A DNA stretch of 64,000 nucleotides from Torpedo marmorata (taxonomy: Eukaryota), in contig OZ360225.1 of NCBI GenBank assembly GCA_977017645.1, positions 115,692,001 through 115,756,000 on the forward strand, written 5' to 3'. Each line of letters begins with the position of its first letter. Position 1 is the first letter of the stretch. Below, one piece after another: positions 10,833 through 21,206 of the stretch. The translations under genes and the position numbers were made by a program. The notes beneath the pieces were generated by a model. That model ran no database searches. It was given only the letters and a program-made list of their open reading frames with translations, and was not told the origin of the DNA.

Positions 10833-13800
10833 TTACAGATCAAGTCGATCAGGCGGTCGAGTCTGCCGTTGTGATCGGCGCAGTACTTGTGGTGATGGGG
10901 CAGGTGGCGGAGCTACCTCCTGCCTGATCTGGGGTACTGCAGGTGGCGGAGCTGCTTCCTGCCTGATCTGGGGTTCTGCCACGTCTGGTGATCGCGAAAA
11001 TGCTGGTGAGTGTAGTGTCGTGCTGGAATTGAGTGGTGCCTCTTGTGTTTCCTCAATGGTAGGCAAGGGGGTAACCGTAACAAGGGGGTGTTCGAGGGCA
11101 GGTTCCAGTGCTCCTGCGGGCGCCAGGTCCTGGATGGAGACCGTGTCTTCCCGCTCATCAGGAAAAACCACGTAGGCGTACTGGGGGTTTGCATGTGATA
11201 ATTGGACCCTCTCGACCATTGGGGCGTATTTATTGCTCCTGACATGTTTGCGGAGCAGCACTGGCCCTGGGGACGTCAGCCATGCTGGTAGGGTTGTCCC
11301 GGTGGTCGACTTCCTAGGGAAAGAAAAGAGTCTCTCATGAGGTGTAGCATTGGTGGATGTACATAGAAGGGATCGGATAGAGTGGAGTGCCTCGGGAAGG
11401 ACTTCTTGCCAGCGGGAGACTGGTAATCCCTTAGACCTGAGGGCTAAGAGTGTGGCCTTCCAGACTGTGGCGTTCTCCCTTTCTACTTGTCCGTTACCCC
11501 GTGGATTATAGCTCGTGGTCCTGCTAGTGGCGATACCCTTGGCCAGCAGATATTGTCGCAGCTCGTCACTCATAAATGAGGACCCCCTGTCGCTATGGAT
11601 ATAGCAGGGGAATCCAAACAACGTGAAGAGTTTGTGGAAAGCCTTTATGACTGAGGTGGCCGAGGTATCAGGGCAGGGAATGGCGAAAGGGAACTGCGAG
11701 TACTCATCAATAACGTTGAGGAAGTACACGTTGCGGTCGGTGGAGGGGAGGGGGCCCTTAAAGTCGACACTGAGTCGCTCAAAAGGGCGGGTTGCCTTTA
11801 TTAACTGTGCCCTGTCAGGGCGGTAGAAGTGCGGTTTGCACTCTGCGCAGACTTGGCAGCTACTGGTCATCATCCTGACCTCTTCCAGGGAGTACAGTAG
11901 ATTACGGGCTTTCACAAAGTGAAAAAGCCTGGTGACTCCGGGGTGGCAGAGGTCACAGTGGAGGGCATATAACCGGTCGATCTGTGCGCTAGCGCATGTC
12001 CCCCGGGATAGAGCATCGGAGGGCTCATTGAGCTTCCCGGGCCGGTACATTATATCATAGTTATAGGTGGAGAGTTCGATTCTCCACCTCAGGATTTTAT
12101 CATTTTTGATTTTACCCCGCTGCTGGTTGCTGAATATGAATGCGACTGAGCGTTGGTCAGTCAGCAGGGTAAACCTTTTCCCGGCGAGATAGTGCCTCCA
12201 GTGCCTGATAGCTTCCACTATGGCTTGGGCCTCTTTCTCCACCGCTGAGTGCCGAATTTCTGGGCCTTGAAGGGTACGGGAGAAGAACGCCACCGGTCTT
12301 CCCGCCTGGTTGAGGGTAGCAGCCAGTGCGAAGTCGGACGCGTCACTCTCTACTTGAAAGGGAGTGGACTCGTCCACCGCATGCATTGCTGCTCTGGCAA
12401 TGTCCCCTTTTATGAGGCTGAAAGCCTCACGTGCCTCCGTTGCAAGGGGAAAAGTGGTGGACTTGACTAGGGGGCGGGCCTTGTCTGCATAATTAGGGAC
12501 CCATTGAGCATAGTACGAAAAGAAGCCCAAGCACCTTTTGAGGGCTTTGAGGGTGTGGGGAAGCGGTAATTCCAACAGGGGGCGCATGCGGTCGGGGTCG
12601 GGGCCGATGACCCCGTTCTCCACAACACACCCCAGGATAGCGAGTCGGGTGGTTCCGAACACGCACTTGTCCTTGTTATAAGTTAGATTGAGCGCTTTGG
12701 CCGCCTGGAGGAACCTCCGAAGGTTGTTGTCGTGGTCCTGGCGGTCGTGACCGCAGATGGTGATATTATCTAAGTACGGGAAAGTGGCCTTTAAATTGCA
12801 TTGGTCCACCATCCTGTCCATCTCCCTCTGGAAGACGGATACCCCATTTGTGACCCCAAAGGGGACGCGCAGGAAATGATAGAGTCTGCCGTCCGCCTCG
12901 AAGGCGGTGTAAGCGCGGTCCTCCCTGCGAATGGGGAGCTGGTGGTAGGCAGATTTGAGGTCTATGGTGGAGAAAAGCTTATATTGGGCTATCTGATTTA
13001 CCATATCTGCAATGCGTGGTAGGGGGTACGCGTCAAGCTGCGTGAACCTATTGATGGTCTGACTATAATCTACCACCATCCTGTTTTTGTTCCCGTTCTT
13101 GACGACAACCACCTGGGCCCTCCAGGGACTTGTGCTCGCCTCGATGATCCCTTCCCCAAGTAATCGCCTCACCTCTGACTTAATGAATGCCCTGTCCCCT
13201 GTGCTATATCTCCTGCTTTTGGTCGCCACAGGTTTACAATCAGGGGTCAGGTTGGCGAATAGTGATGGGGGCGAGATCTTGAGGGTGAATAGATCACAAG
13301 TAGTATGGGGTGTGTTTTTAAGGAATTGGTGATTACCGACAGTAATCGGTGGGAGGGGCCCGTCATATTCCATAGTAACACTTTGGAGGTGACTCTGGAA
13401 GTCGAGTCCTAGTAGTACAGGTGCACACAGTCGGGGCATGACCAATAGCGTGAAGTCCCGGTATTCCGTGCCCTGTACCACGAGCGTCGCTACACAACTC
13501 CCCCAGATGTCTGTTGTGTGCGACCCGGAAGCCATGGCAACCCTCTGGCTTACCGGCTGTGTCGTGAGACCACATCGCTGTACCGTGTCAGGGTGGATGA
13601 AGCTTTCTGTGCTGCCTGTGTCGAACAGGCAGTTTGTCCTGTGTCCCTCGACCAGAATGTCCATCATTGACCTCGAAAGTTGATGGGGTGCACTCTGGTC
13701 GAGTGTCACTGACGCCAACGTTGGGTTGCTGTCGTGCTCCGACGTCGCGATGGAGTGCCTGCTGTCCCGGGATTGCGGCACCCTGTGTCGGCTCGCCGGC

Positions 13801-14750
13801 GTGGAACAAAATGGCCGCTCCCATGATTCGCACGTGTTGGCGGCGGGTAGGTAAGATGGCGGTGCCGGAAGTGACAAAACCCAAGATGGCTGCTCCCATC
13901 CCTCGCACGTGTTGGCCGCGGTGGCGGGTAGGTAGGATGGTGGCGCCGGAAGTGACGACACACAAGATGGCAGCCCCCGAGTCTCGCACGTGGCGCTGCT
14001 CGAACCCGCTCGCGGCTTTGATCGGCAGACCTTAGCGAAGTGGCCTTTCTTTCCGCAGCTGGAGCAGGTCGCTTCGCGAGCCGGGCAACGTTTTCGGGGG
14101 TGCTTCCCAAGCCCGCAGAAATAGCATTTCTTGGGCTCGCGGCTGATGGTGGCAGTGGTCGATTCACTAGCATGGTGGGGGGTCGGCGGCATCCACGGAG
14201 CCTGCTGGAGATCGCGCGCTTGAATAGCATCCGAGTTCTGTAGCGCGGCCTCCAGCGTGTCGGCCAGTTCGATCGCGGAATGGAAAGTGAGATCAGCTTG
14301 TTCCAGCAGCCGCTGGCGCACATACACTGACCTGATCCCTGTGACAAAAGCGTCTCTTCCTAGGAGCTCAGCGTCCTGTTCAGCCGTCAGTCCCCGGCAG
14401 TCGCACGCCCGCACGAGTGTTTGTATGGCCCGTACGAACTCCGCGTTCGACTCCCCGGGCCGCTGCTGCCGCGTCGCTAGCCTGTGCCTCGCGTATACGG
14501 AATTCACAGGCCGTATGTACTGTCTTTTGAGGGTATTCATCGCCTCCTCATAAGTCTGCAGATCGCGGATCATCGAGTAAACTCGTGGGCTTACCCTAGA
14601 GAGGAGGACCTTGCGTTTTTCAGCGTCTTCTTGCACTTTGATCTCCTCTAGGAACGATTCGAAGCAGACTAGCCAGAGTTCGAAGGCATTGCCGGCGTCC
14701 GGTGCTTGTGGGTCGATGTCCAGTTTGTCTGGCCTCAAGATGTTCTCCAT
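10833..14750 (-). CDS. Gag-Pol polyprotein, 1305 aa, single frame (Gag with zinc knuckles, PR, RT, RNase H, IN)
   Basis: CYFCG..H....CP / CSSCGKKGHFAKVC; LFDTGS; IDLKSAYHQ, PFG, YLDN; ESDAS..EKEA..TDQ..DALS; H....H..CQVC; SVDFKG, HSDRG, GQVER; C-terminal RRSxRxxRPPxRL. Confidence 0.97.
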   Translation of the reverse strand: MENILRPDKLDIDPQAPDAGNAFELWLVCFESFLEEIKVQEDAEKRKVLLSRVSPRVYSMIRDLQTYEEAMNTLKRQYIRPVNSVYARHRLATRQQRPGESNAEFVRAIQTLVRACDCRGLTAEQDAELLGRDAFVTGIRSVYVRQRLLEQADLTFHSAIELADTLEAALQNSDAIQARDLQQAPWMPPTPHHASESTTATISREPKKCYFCGLGKHPRKRCPAREATCSSCGKKGHFAKVCRSKPRAGSSSATCETRGLPSCVSSLPAPPSYLPATAANTCEGWEQPSWVLSLPAPPSYLPAANTCESWERPFCSTPASRHRVPQSRDSRHSIATSEHDSNPTLASVTLDQSAPHQLSRSMMDILVEGHRTNCLFDTGSTESFIHPDTVQRCGLTTQPVSQRVAMASGSHTTDIWGSCVATLVVQGTEYRDFTLLVMPRLCAPVLLGLDFQSHLQSVTMEYDGPLPPITVGNHQFLKNTPHTTCDLFTLKISPPSLFANLTPDCKPVATKSRRYSTGDRAFIKSEVRRLLGEGIIEASTSPWRAQVVVVKNGNKNRMVVDYSQTINRFTQLDAYPLPRIADMVNQIAQYKLFSTIDLKSAYHQLPIRREDRAYTAFEADGRLYHFLRVPFGVTNGVSVFQREMDRMVDQCNLKATFPYLDNITICGHDRQDHDNNLRRFLQAAKALNLTYNKDKCVFGTTRLAILGCVVENGVIGPDPDRMRPLLELPLPHTLKALKRCLGFFSYYAQWVPNYADKARPLVKSTTFPLATEAREAFSLIKGDIARAAMHAVDESTPFQVESDASDFALAATLNQAGRPVAFFSRTLQGPEIRHSAVEKEAQAIVEAIRHWRHYLAGKRFTLLTDQRSVAFIFSNQQRGKIKNDKILRWRIELSTYNYDIMYRPGKLNEPSDALSRGTCASAQIDRLYALHCDLCHPGVTRLFHFVKARNLLYSLEEVRMMTSSCQVCAECKPHFYRPDRAQLIKATRPFERLSVDFKGPLPSTDRNVYFLNVIDEYSQFPFAIPCPDTSATSVIKAFHKLFTLFGFPCYIHSDRGSSFMSDELRQYLLAKGIATSRTTSYNPRGNGQVERENATVWKATLLALRSKGLPVSRWQEVLPEALHSIRSLLCTSTNATPHERLFSFPRKSTTGTTLPAWLTSPGPVLLRKHVRSNKYAPMVERVQLSHANPQYAYVVFPDEREDTVSIQDLAPAGALEPALEHPLVTVTPLPTIEETQEAPLNSSTTLHSPAFSRSPDVAEPQIRQEAAPPPAVPQIRQEVAPPPAPSPQVLRRSQRQTRPPDRLDL

Positions 14751-14773
14751 GTTTACAGTTTTGCTAATAAAAT

Positions 14774-15008
14774 TGATGAGCCCATCAATAACTCCAAAAA
14801 GACTAGAAGTTACACAAGAACTGAAAGGCTTTTATTAGCAAAAGAATGGAGCTGCATTCGTGCTGATGATCTGTCCCGGACTGGGGGAGGAGCCGTGGCA
14901 CAATGGCCTTTATTCAAGGGGGTTTGTGGGAGGAGCCACCGGGACAGTCAGCAGGGCATGTCCAGACCTATCGCCTAGCCCACAATACATATACAGTGGT
15001 TTACCACA
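14774..15008 (-). repeat. 5' LTR of the Gypsy element
   Basis: Sense strand TGTGGTAAACC...CTCATCA with a TATA-like GAATAAAG and a downstream AATAAA. Confidence 0.97.
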
Positions 15009-15299
15009 GTCACATCATTAGCTATTTGAGGACTTGATCAGTGACTGAATGTGATAGATAATTATGTTCAAAGAGAGGAAATGTAGGCAATTAGTTTACA
15101 AAATTTCATCAGTTCTTGTAGGGAAAACCATTCAGAGATAACGGATCAAATGTCGCTACTAGTCCTTTTGGGACTGAAGTCTGCTATTCCCATGATAGGG
15201 ACATCAAAAATCCCAAGCTACAACTGTGATACTGCGTAAAAAGCATCCAAGTAAAACAACTGTCTTGCTGAGACTACCCTTTGAAAAACCCACAATGAA

Positions 15300-15680
15300 G
15301 ATAGAAAAGGAGATTTGTACTCTTCAGGTGGAAGGCGTTCATTTCCCTGTCACAGTAGGGGAAAATAGCTGGACCACAGAAAGACCCTCTTTTGGAGCTA
15401 GTGTACATACATTGATTGAATACATGGGCTTTCAAAAGCATTCTCAGGGTCCATATTGAATATTCTGAAAGAGAAGTGAATGATTTTGGATTTCTAACTT
15501 AAAGCCAATTAAAATGGCTAGAGGTTAACCTTCCAGTATTGTGTTCTACCACAGAATGGAAAGGTTAAAATCTGCCCTTGCCTCACATGGACCTCCCGAA
15601 ATGATATCAGGTACTGGTCCACATTTTAGATTAGTTCAGTTTGAAGAAGTCCATGTGAGACAAAAGCAATGGTGTAACAA
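15300..15680 (+). pseudogene. Highly decayed Gypsy-type integrase relic
   Basis: Sequence near 15585-15630 reads as a broken HGxPE..SxxGPxF motif. Confidence 0.35.
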
Positions 15681-15894
15681 TTTGACTCAAAACGTTGACT
15701 GACTATTTCTACCCAAAGATGCTGTCTGACCTGCTGAGTGCCTTCAGAAATTCTTTGTTTGCTCGAGATTACAGCATCTGCAGCTTTTGTGTTTCACCAT
15801 CTTTCTTCTCCTGACCACCCAACTTCAAATGGGGAAACAGTAACGGAGGTTTTGTAGAAACAAATTGGGAAAGCTTAATTGAAATTCAAATTCA

Positions 15895-16270
15895 AAACTT
15901 ATCAACACACTCCAAGACCTGGGCCTCAATACCTCAATACTGTGAAATTGGATCCTGGATTTCCTCACCTCCACACCCCAATCAGTGCGGATTGGCAAGA
16001 ATGTCTCCTCCACAATCTCCATCAGCACCTGAGCATCACAGGGCTGCGCACTTAGCCCCCTGATCTACTCGCTTTACACCTACAACTGTGTGGCTCGGTA
16101 CGACATCATTTACAAATTTGCTGACGATACCACGATAGTGGGTTGTATAAAAAGAGGCGATGAGTCAGCATACAGGAGGGAGATTGAAAACTTGTCTGAA
16201 TGGTGTAAAAAAACAACCTCTCACTCAATGTCACCAAAACCAAGGAGTTGATTGTAGACTTTGGGAAGAG
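15895..16270 (+). mobile_element. Rex1/Babar RT fragment
   Basis: WILDFLT...QGCALSPLIYS...KFADDT...KTKELIVDF with frameshifts. Confidence 0.85.
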
Positions 16271-16411
16271 ATTAAAACAAAACCTTTTAGGTCTTATTTC
16301 CATCAGCGCAAGGCAGTATCCAAACTGCTGGATCAAATTACCATAACAATAACTGCCAATCATAATGCTTAAATTACGGAGACTTATTTTCATTTCCACC
16401 AACTGGCCACA

Positions 16412-16947
16412 CTTGCTTTCATACAGCCGTCGTGCATCAGGGAAGTTTTCACCTGTGGGTAATCGCATAAAATAGGGACAAATTAACATATGTAGCTGCT
16501 TAATGAGACACTAAACCTCCACTCCATACCGATTATGATAAAGAAAGGTTTGTTTACCTCGCAAATTCAGGAAATCCATAGAAGAGAACATTTATGTTTT
16601 TTAGACAGAAGTACCGAGATTTTCCCGTTATCAATACCCTCCAGAGTGGCCGTTCAGACAAAATGGACGATTACACTAACTTCCTGCGTTGCGGTGATTC
16701 CGGAGGGTGGACATGGGTCGACGTAGATTCGGACGTACACAGGTACGTCGTATTCCTTAACCCATTTTTGCGGACTGCTTGCAGTTCAGTTTAGACTGCA
16801 GGCAGTCTGCAAAAATGTCTAGGGCTGCTGCAGGAAAAATGTCGGGATGGAAATTAGTTACTAATTTCCGTCACGACATTTTTACACAACCAGCATAACG
16901 GGAAATTTCCGAGATTTTCCCCTTATGCTGCGGCTGTGTAAAAGTCA
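16412..16947. mobile_element. Probable Harbinger-type non-autonomous DNA transposon end with serial hairpins
   Basis: Right end ...GCGGCTGTGTAAAAGTCA followed by TAA; related inverted motif GCTTTCATACAGCCG near 16415; three consecutive palindromes at 16765-16943. Confidence 0.5.
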
Positions 16948-17049
16948 TAATTGAAACAGCTGCTATAATGCATAAAGTTCCCTCCATCGGGATGGAAAAA
17001 AGGCGAGAAATATTTTTAAGATCTAATATTTAATTTGCAATGGAAATGT

Positions 17050-17470
17050 TTTCTCGCTTGGGGTCTGAATTTTTGGCAGCAAAGCACAACTGCAAAAAGC
17101 AAACGCGAAAGAAATCCTTCAGCAATACAACCCTTGCTCTTCAGTCTGTCAGCGAAGTGCGCATGTCAGGGACGTGTTTTCCAGCCCGGCGGAGCACGTA
17201 ACCCCGAGCGAGGTGGCGCTGTTCTGAGCCACGGCGGTTGGATACGGGATGGGAAGGAACCGCCCACTTCGTGCAGCGATTCTGAAAACTCATCCCCTGT
17301 CCAGAGACATTGTGAGTTAACTTTCATTGGAAGTATTTGTAGCATTCATGTCAATTTTGTTTTTGAATTACCAGCTACGTTTGTTACCTAAAGCCAAGTT
17401 TTGGTTGTTTTACCCCATCCCGAGCTGAAAGTGTGAAGTTGCAAATTTTACCGCTTATGTGATAGGTAAA
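17050..17470 (+). promoter_or_regulatory. CpG-rich promoter/first-exon-like patch with no assigned gene
   Basis: Many CpGs in non-repeat DNA, NRF1-like TGCGCATG near 17158, GC-box-like CCGCCC near 17260, partial CTCF motif AGGTGGCGCT, donor-like GTGAGT at 17312. Confidence 0.5.
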
Positions 17471-17649
17471 TTGTTGAAGTTTATTTTAAGAATATCATAT
17501 TTTTTGTAGAGAACTATAATCGGATCACATTACGTAAAATTGGCCCAGACATTCGATGAAAGCTTTTGAAAACAATTATGTGTATGACTTTTGCAAGTTG
17601 AACACAAAAACTTTTATTTTCAATAAAATGTTCAGATTTAAGGCGACAT

Positions 17650-17892
17650 AAAAGTAAAGGTTCCATTATTGTCATGTAATACTACATTTAGAATGTAACA
17701 TACATGAAATTGTTTAATTTTTGTCTACCGTAAGGTAGACAGAGAGTTCCTACTTTATCCAGCGCCCCTCACAGAAACCTACAAGCACCTGACCTGGTGT
17801 TCCTAGGCGGTCTCCCCTCCAAGTACTGACCAGTCCTGTGCCTGCTTAGCTTCCAAGATAAGACAATCCCAGTCATATTCAGGCTATTGGTA
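17650..17892 (-). mobile_element. 5S rRNA-derived SINE (SINE3 type) with a Rex1-like tail
   Basis: GGAAGCTAAGCAGG...TGGTCAGTACTTGGAGGGGAGACCGCC matches 5S boxes A/IE/C; second copy at 35473-35716. Confidence 0.88.
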
Positions 17893-19514
17893 CTGTCAAT
17901 AGTTAATGAACATTTATTTCACAAACTCTTTACCTTATTTAGTGAAATAGTTTGTGTAAAATCTTGCAGCAATCAACCGGTTTCAATTGCATTGGTTAAT
18001 ACTTTACAACAGTAGGAAACAAATATATATTTCACATAAAATTAATACCAACTTGTTTCAAGGAACAATTTCTATGTTATTTCCCTATTTGCCTTTCCTC
18101 TATGTTTAAACCTTTCCTATAGTTCACATAGTGGTAGGTGTTTTATGTTAATTTTAGATGTAAGAAACATTGATCACGGGTTTTATGAATAAATTCAAGA
18201 AAAACAGTATAGATATTTATGGATCCACACAGAGTAATTATTCAACTAAATGTGAGATACAAAAATTGTAAATGCTTGAAATGTCGGTCTTAATCTCATG
18301 TTTCAGGGCTCCTGAAAATCGGATTAGACACAAAAGTATTACATTTATAAATTTCTGGTTCAGCTCATTGTTGACTCTTAGTAGTGAATCAAATGAAGAA
18401 CAACATCCTTGGAAATTCATCAGGATGATATCTAAAGCAGAAATTTAATTTAAAATATTCTTGACATTTAGCTGACATACATTCAACACTTGAGAGGGTC
18501 CTGAATTGCCAATATTTTGATGAGGTGTTAAACCAAGATCTAATCTGCCCTCTGGTAATATGAAAGATGTTTCAGCACTATTTCAGGCCATGAGAGTTAC
18601 CGGTATCTCTGAGAGGAGCCAATATTTTTCCTGCAACCAACAGTTTAAAAACAATGTCTAGCTATTATCCTGTTGACAATTGTGAGTAGACTCCAATGTG
18701 AATAATTCATTGAAAAGCTCTTGGATATCTTGAGATGAGGAGAGATTCCACATGTATCTAACCCTTATTTTCCAAAAGGGGTTTAAGCTGGGATGAGAAT
18801 TGAGTGTAGGAGATTGAGGTACTCTGGTTGAGATGATTAATGTGATTTTTAAACGATGGCTGGAAAGATACTACAGTATTTCCTTGGGGCATAATATTAG
18901 ATTTAGAGCTAATTGTGAAGGAGTGATGTGAGAAACACATCTTCACATAAAAGATAGTGAAAAGCTGGCACTCTTCAAAAAGCAATTGAAATTAGAACTG
19001 AAAATTTCAGAACTAAGATTTGAAATTTGTATTAAATTATGTGGAATAAAGATAGGTAGTTTAGTTGTTTTTATAGTTTTTTTTTACAGTGCCTGTTCAG
19101 CTGCAGCAAGTAAGGATTTTTGTGCATATGTACATTATGCAACGCATATGACAATCTACTCATTATCATTGTATCATGGTACACATGACAATAAACAATT
19201 CAATTAAAAAAATATACTTCTTGGCACCACTGGTATGAGAAATTGGAAAATTGCTATAATAGGTATATGCTTATTAGTATGTGGTTGCCCAACACTTTAT
19301 AAAACCTGTGCAAATTAGCTGACTGCTATCTGCAACCCAAAGGGAGTGCTCCAAATCAGAGAATTGGCAAGACTGTGGGTAATTTTCCATTTTGGAATTC
19401 TGGTGTGACATTATCTCCGGAAGGAAAATAACAGGTTGTGCCTGTGCAACTTTCCAATAAATATGTGCAGTAGGTGAGAGTGTAAGCAGAATGCAGAAGT
19501 GTAAAATTTAGTTA

Positions 19515-19719
19515 CAGTAAAACCCCTGTTATCTGCAATTCAAGCAACCGGCAAAAAAAAATCGTGGAAAATAAATAGGTAAAAAATACAAAGGCTTAAA
19601 GTTGGCGCATCTCGCTATAAGTTCACCAATCACACAACATGCAATCTCAAGCAACTGGAAAATTCACTGATCCGGTATCTACCAATCCCCATAGGTGCAG
19701 GATACCAGGGGTTTTACTG
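19515..19719. mobile_element. Tc1/mariner-pogo type MITE
   Basis: TIRs CAGTAAAACCCCTG / CAGGGGTTTTACTG flanked by TA on both sides. Confidence 0.85.
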
Positions 19720-20735
19720 TATTTTAACATCAGCTTTGGCAAACATTCCAATTGGCAGAGGTTATATTTTATCTGTCAAGTATTTTTTGATGACTTGGAT
19801 TAAGTACTTGCAATCAGCAATATAAACACAATTCTATTTAGTTCTGCATTGTATTTCTTCCTGACATCATTTACAGAGGAAGTTTCAGAAATGCATTCCG
19901 TTTTCCAGGAATTTTGTGTTATTCCAGTGTATAATTTGTTTACAGATGCTACTGACAGGAATGTTTTATTTCACCAGTAGTCTTGCACTGTAGTCTTTCG
20001 TATTGATAACCAAGCAGAATTTTCTGAGTGCTGCTGTGTTCCGGAACTAACTCTGCCACCGGCTTTTCATCCAGTTCTTCTGCAGTTGGCACAAAAACTT
20101 ATCTGAAAATCCTCAGATAGGCTAATGAAATAAGAGCATTCTGACACTGAAAATTCAAATACCCTGAGACAAAATAAGCAAAATAAATGTTCAAAATGCA
20201 GTACTGAAAATACTCAACAGATTAAACACAATCAGAGAGGGAATATCCATTTTTGTTCCTTTATGGTCTTTTCACCATCCTATACAGCACAGAAACAGGC
20301 CATTCAGCCCAATTCATCAATGCCGACCATGTTGTCTACTTGAGCTATGTTTGGCCCATAAACCTTTTCCATCAGTGTACCTGTCTAAATGCCCTTTAAA
20401 CACTGCAATCTTACATGTCTCCACATCTTCCTCTGGCAGCTCATTCCATATACCCACCCACTTCCTGAGTGGAACATGTTGTCACTCAGGTCCCCTTTAA
20501 ATCTTTCACCTTCAATATAAACCTGTACTCTCTAGTTTTCTACTCTACTGCCCTGGGGGAAAGTAGAGTAGAAAAAACTCTCTACTCGACTAGAGAAACA
20601 TCATTATCGACTTACAGCACAGGGAACAAAACACAGCTAAAAGGCATGTACCTTTTTGAAAAGGAAGTTTAACGTTTATTTCCAACAGAAACTTGGTTCA
20701 CAATCTTAGAACACAGAGTAAGGCATTTAAGATTT

Positions 20736-20864
20736 CTGCTTATTCATTGAAGAAGGGCTCAGGCCCGAAACGTCAGCAATATATCTTTGTCTCCTATGGA
20801 CGCTGAAAGACCGGCTGAGTTCTTCCAGCATTTCGGTGTATTTTTACTACAATCACAACATCTT
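20736..20864 (+). mobile_element. Penelope-derived short retroelement with a hammerhead-like core, inserted in a CR1 fragment
   Basis: 12-bp TSD CATTTAAGATTT (20724-20735 and 20865-20876); TTGAAGA-A-GGGC-TCAG-GCCC-GAAAC at 20747-20771. Confidence 0.78.
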
Positions 20865-20904
20865 CATTTAAGATTTAGATGAGGAGAGATTTCTTAATTT
20901 CGAG

Positions 20905-21143
20905 CAGCCATTCTCAACAGGGGCCATATGCTCCCCACACCATCCCCCCCCTCACCACCCCCCACCCCCACCGGACCACATAACATTTAAAGGGGGCCAT
21001 GGACTGAAATCCTAAATATGTTTTGTGTTGTCGGTAGGAGAGAAGTACAGAAGAAATCAACTAAACTTGACTGCTTCACCGGGAAGGGGGCCCATAAACA
21101 GAGTCCTCTGGGGGCTATAGCCAAAAAATGTTGAGAATGGCTG
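20905..21143. mobile_element. hAT (Charlie-like) MITE
   Basis: TIR CAGCCATTCTCAAC; 8-bp TSD ATTTCGAG/ATTTAGAG (7/8); sister copy at 52115-52337. Confidence 0.85.
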
Positions 21144-21206
21144 ATTTAGAGGATAATGAATCTGTGGAATTCTCAAACACTGAAGAGTTGCTGAATATAT
21201 TTAAGA

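Larger units (their letters stand above)
10525..15008 (-). mobile_element. Full-length Gypsy (Mag-like) LTR retrotransposon, 4484 bp
   Basis: Two 235-bp LTRs (TG...CA), 5-bp TSD GTCAC at 10520-10524 and 15009-15013, polypurine tract AAAAGGAGGGGTGAA next to the 3' LTR, single intact ORF. Confidence 0.98.

Noticed and set aside
13363-14553. Overlapping alternative-frame and antisense ORFs in gag
   Set aside because: Expected shadow ORFs of GC-rich coding DNA with no recognisable domain; the same applies to 57257-58288 in Penelope.
17770-17892. Functional 5S rRNA gene (also 35473-35585)
   Set aside because: The 5' end is diverged, both copies continue into the same LINE-like tail, and they are dispersed; these are SINE heads.
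16885-20105. CPA6 exons on the minus strand (RYAG near 16895; DK..FVPTAEE near 20100)
   Set aside because: The first lies in a transposon hairpin and lacks YNN; the second needs a frameshift and has no matching donor.
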